Assembly (NCBI GenBank): GCA_046539845.1
Contig: JBKHGE010000014.1
Span: 1-49,420, forward strand
Source of the DNA: Desulfonatronovibrionaceae bacterium
GTDB taxonomy: Bacteria; Desulfobacterota; Desulfovibrionia; Desulfovibrionales; Desulfonatronovibrionaceae
Direction: 5' to 3'
Length of the DNA: 49,420 bases
Numbering within the stretch: the first letter of the stretch is position 1; every line of letters starts with the position of its first letter. Shown here in pieces: positions 47,369-49,420 of this stretch. The notes beneath the pieces were generated by a model. The model saw only the letters and a program-made list of their open reading frames with translations, had not been told where the DNA came from and made no database searches. Both the position numbers and the translations under genes were made by a program.

Positions 47369-48052
47369 ATGCTTTACGGTTACGGAGAGTTACTGCTCAA
47401 GGGCTTTCAGCTCACGGTTATAGTCGGGGTGGCTTCTATGGTAGTGGCCATTTTTTTGGGACTTTTCGGGTCCTGGGCCAAGCTGACCTCCTCGGCATAT
47501 GTCCGGTTTGCGGCTAATATTTATACCACGGTGTTTCGAGGCGTCCCGGAACTGGTGCTTATACTTTTGGTCTATTACGGGGTCCCCACCCTGATTCAGG
47601 ACGTATTCTCCGCTTTTGGCAGGGATGTGGTCGTGAACTTCAATCCTTTTATCTCCGGGGTGTGTACCATCGGGATAATTTATGGAGCGTTTACTACTGA
47701 AGTATTCAGAGGGGCGTATCTGGCTGTGGACAGGGGACAGATCGAGGCAGCCAGGTCCTTGGGTATGAGTAGGCCTTTGGCCTTCAGGCGCATAACCCTC
47801 CCTCAGATGTGGCGTTTTGCCCTGCCCGGACTGGGCAATGTGTGGATGGTGTTGATAAAGGCCACTGCTCTGGTGTCGGTAATTCAGCTACCCGAGCTCA
47901 TGCGCAACGCCAATATTGCCGCCAAGGCGACCAGGAAGCCGTTTACTTTTTTCTTTGTGGCTTCGCTTATATATTTGATAATAACCATTGCCTCCCTGCT
48001 GATTCAGCATTGGGCTGAGAACTGGGCCAATAGAGGAGTGAGGAGGGCTTAG
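47369..48052 (+). CDS. Amino-acid ABC permease (HisQ-like)
   Basis: 'FRGVPEL', EAA loop 'GQIEAARSLGMS', 'KATAL'. Confidence 0.94.
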   Translation: MLYGYGELLLKGFQLTVIVGVASMVVAIFLGLFGSWAKLTSSAYVRFAANIYTTVFRGVPELVLILLVYYGVPTLIQDVFSAFGRDVVVNFNPFISGVCTIGIIYGAFTTEVFRGAYLAVDRGQIEAARSLGMSRPLAFRRITLPQMWRFALPGLGNVWMVLIKATALVSVIQLPELMRNANIAAKATRKPFTFFFVASLIYLIITIASLLIQHWAENWANRGVRRA

Positions 48053-48055
48053 TCC

Positions 48056-48754
48056 ATGCTGGAAATCATTCTGCAGGGTTTGCCCCGGTTGTTGAGCGGG
48101 GCCTGGGTTACGGTCCAGCTCACCACCTTGAGCGTGTTCTTTGGTTTCTTTTTGGCCGTACCTCTGGCTCTTATGCGCGTCTCCAAACACAAGCTCCTCT
48201 GCTATCCGGCCTATTGCTTTAACTTTTATTTTCGGGGTACCCCTCTTCTGGTCCAGATATTTCTGGTCTATTATGGTAGCGGGCAGTTCTTTCAGTTTTT
48301 TCAGGATTTGGGGTTGTGGGTCTTTTTTCGGGAGGCCTTTTTCTGTGCAGTTCTGACGCTTACTCTGAATACAGCCGCGTATACCGCGGAGATTCTGCGC
48401 GGGGGGATAGAGGCGGTTCCTTTTGGTGAGGTGGAGGCCGGTCGGGCATGCGGCATGTCCAGATTTCTATTATATCGCAGGATAATCCTGCCCAAGGCCT
48501 TTCGGATTGCCTGGCCCGCCTATACCAATGAGGTCATCTTTCTGCTTCAGGCCACCTCCTTGGTCTCGATTATAACGGTTATGGATATTACAGGAGTGGC
48601 TCAGCTGCTTTCCGCCCGAAATTTTGCCTTTTACGAGATATTTTTGACTGCCTCAGCCCTGTACCTGGTCCTTGTCTATGGGGTGCTTTTCATTTTCAGG
48701 CAGGTGGAAAAGAGGATTACCAACCATCTGCGCCAGCCCATGATGTCTGAGTAA
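48056..48754 (+). CDS. Amino-acid ABC permease (HisM-like)
   Basis: 'FRGTPLLVQ', 'AYTAEILRG', 'GEVEAGRACGMS'. Confidence 0.94.
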   Translation: MLEIILQGLPRLLSGAWVTVQLTTLSVFFGFFLAVPLALMRVSKHKLLCYPAYCFNFYFRGTPLLVQIFLVYYGSGQFFQFFQDLGLWVFFREAFFCAVLTLTLNTAAYTAEILRGGIEAVPFGEVEAGRACGMSRFLLYRRIILPKAFRIAWPAYTNEVIFLLQATSLVSIITVMDITGVAQLLSARNFAFYEIFLTASALYLVLVYGVLFIFRQVEKRITNHLRQPMMSE

Positions 48755-48969
48755 AGATATCTATATTCACGTCCCGCGGCAAAAACTCCGGGGGATGGGG
48801 CAAAAAAATTAAGCACTCAGCGCAGTCACCCGTATGCAAGTACTTGGACTTTTTGCCGCGTTGCTGCCATTGAGTCTATTTTAACCGGTTGCTAACTATT
48901 TGCTTTTTTGATCCTGCTCCGGGCAAAACAGTTGACATTTGCCCGAAGTAACACTAATTCACTACCTTT

Positions 48970-49046
48970 CGGGACGTAGCGCAGTCTGGAAGCGCACCTG
49001 AATGGGGTTCAGGGAGTCGCAGGTTCAAATCCTGCCGTCCCGACCA
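48970..49046 (+). tRNA. tRNA-Pro (anticodon GGG)
   Basis: 77 nt; acceptor CGGGACG/CGTCCCG, anticodon arm CCTGA-ATGGGGT-TCAGG, T-loop GTTCAAATC, encoded CCA. Confidence 0.97.
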
Positions 49047-49055
49047 GGGATTTTA

Positions 49056-49084
49056 AAGGGTGGGTCTTAAAGCCCACCTTTTTT
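49056..49084 (+). terminator. Intrinsic terminator after tRNA-Pro
   Basis: GGTGGG (49059-49064) / CCCACC (49073-49078) stem followed by TTTTTT. Confidence 0.75.
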
Positions 49085-49420
49085 GTGCCTAATAAAAATT
49101 GACGTGCCGGTCATTTGTAACCCTTTTTGGACATCAGCGTCCAGAACGCATTTAATCCGTGAACGGCCTTTAAAATACCTATCCACAACTCCCTTTGACG
49201 GCCAAGAACTGCCTCTTGGACAAACCTTCTCGGGTTTTTGGCCCCGTCCCATCGGGATTTAATCCTTAATCTGGACCCCGGCGGGTGTTAAAAGCATCCA
49301 CAAGGGACAGCCGGATAAAATCCGCTTTAAACAAGCCTTGATAGATCAAAATAATTATAGAGGAGAACTGTCTTGGTTCACCGTGAATTGGAATAATCCC
49401 CCTTGGAATGTTAGCACTAG

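Noticed and set aside
49411..49420. TTAGCACTA, resembling a CIRCE left arm, and an open + frame containing NPPW at the window end
   Set aside because: One mismatch and truncated by the window edge; the frame lacks a convincing start and other methyltransferase motifs
1..49420. CRISPR arrays, IS elements, prophage or defence genes; frequent CCGG/CCCGGG words
   Set aside because: No regularly spaced repeats or mobility genes seen; radC sits in a housekeeping context; CCGG richness appears throughout the window and looks like codon or genome signature (not quantified)

Overview
A 49.4-kb chromosomal window of core genes. Gene content and order (hslV-hslU-argB; pdxJ-acpS-nnr-CBS-tsaE-lysC-cimA; holA-radC-acylphosphatase; RluD-CoaE fusion) suggest a sulfate-reducing Desulfobacterota, probably Desulfovibrionales; this is an inference. 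It holds 42 recognisable CDS, one candidate 17-codon uORF and tRNA-Pro(GGG). I found no integrase, transposase, prophage or CRISPR array. The best leads are: (1) a translationally coupled, uncharacterised operon of a six-hairpin glycosidase-like protein, a GT4 glycosyltransferase and a DedA/VTT protein, a candidate glycolipid make/flip/break module; (2) an ErcA-like Fe-alcohol dehydrogenase overlapping a soluble PAS-PAS hybrid kinase with the ErcS-type N-terminal motif, preceded by 13-bp direct repeats; (3) a membrane diguanylate cyclase with a 7-Cys insert splitting a HAMP-like linker, with a consensus sigma32-type promoter pointing at it rather than at hslVU; (4) a minimal SufCB (SMS-type) Fe-S scaffold pair; (5) an upp promoter resembling the UTP-sensitive E. 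coli upp initiation region, plus a terminator fused to the upp stop codon. All product calls come from recognising motifs by eye; no searches were run.
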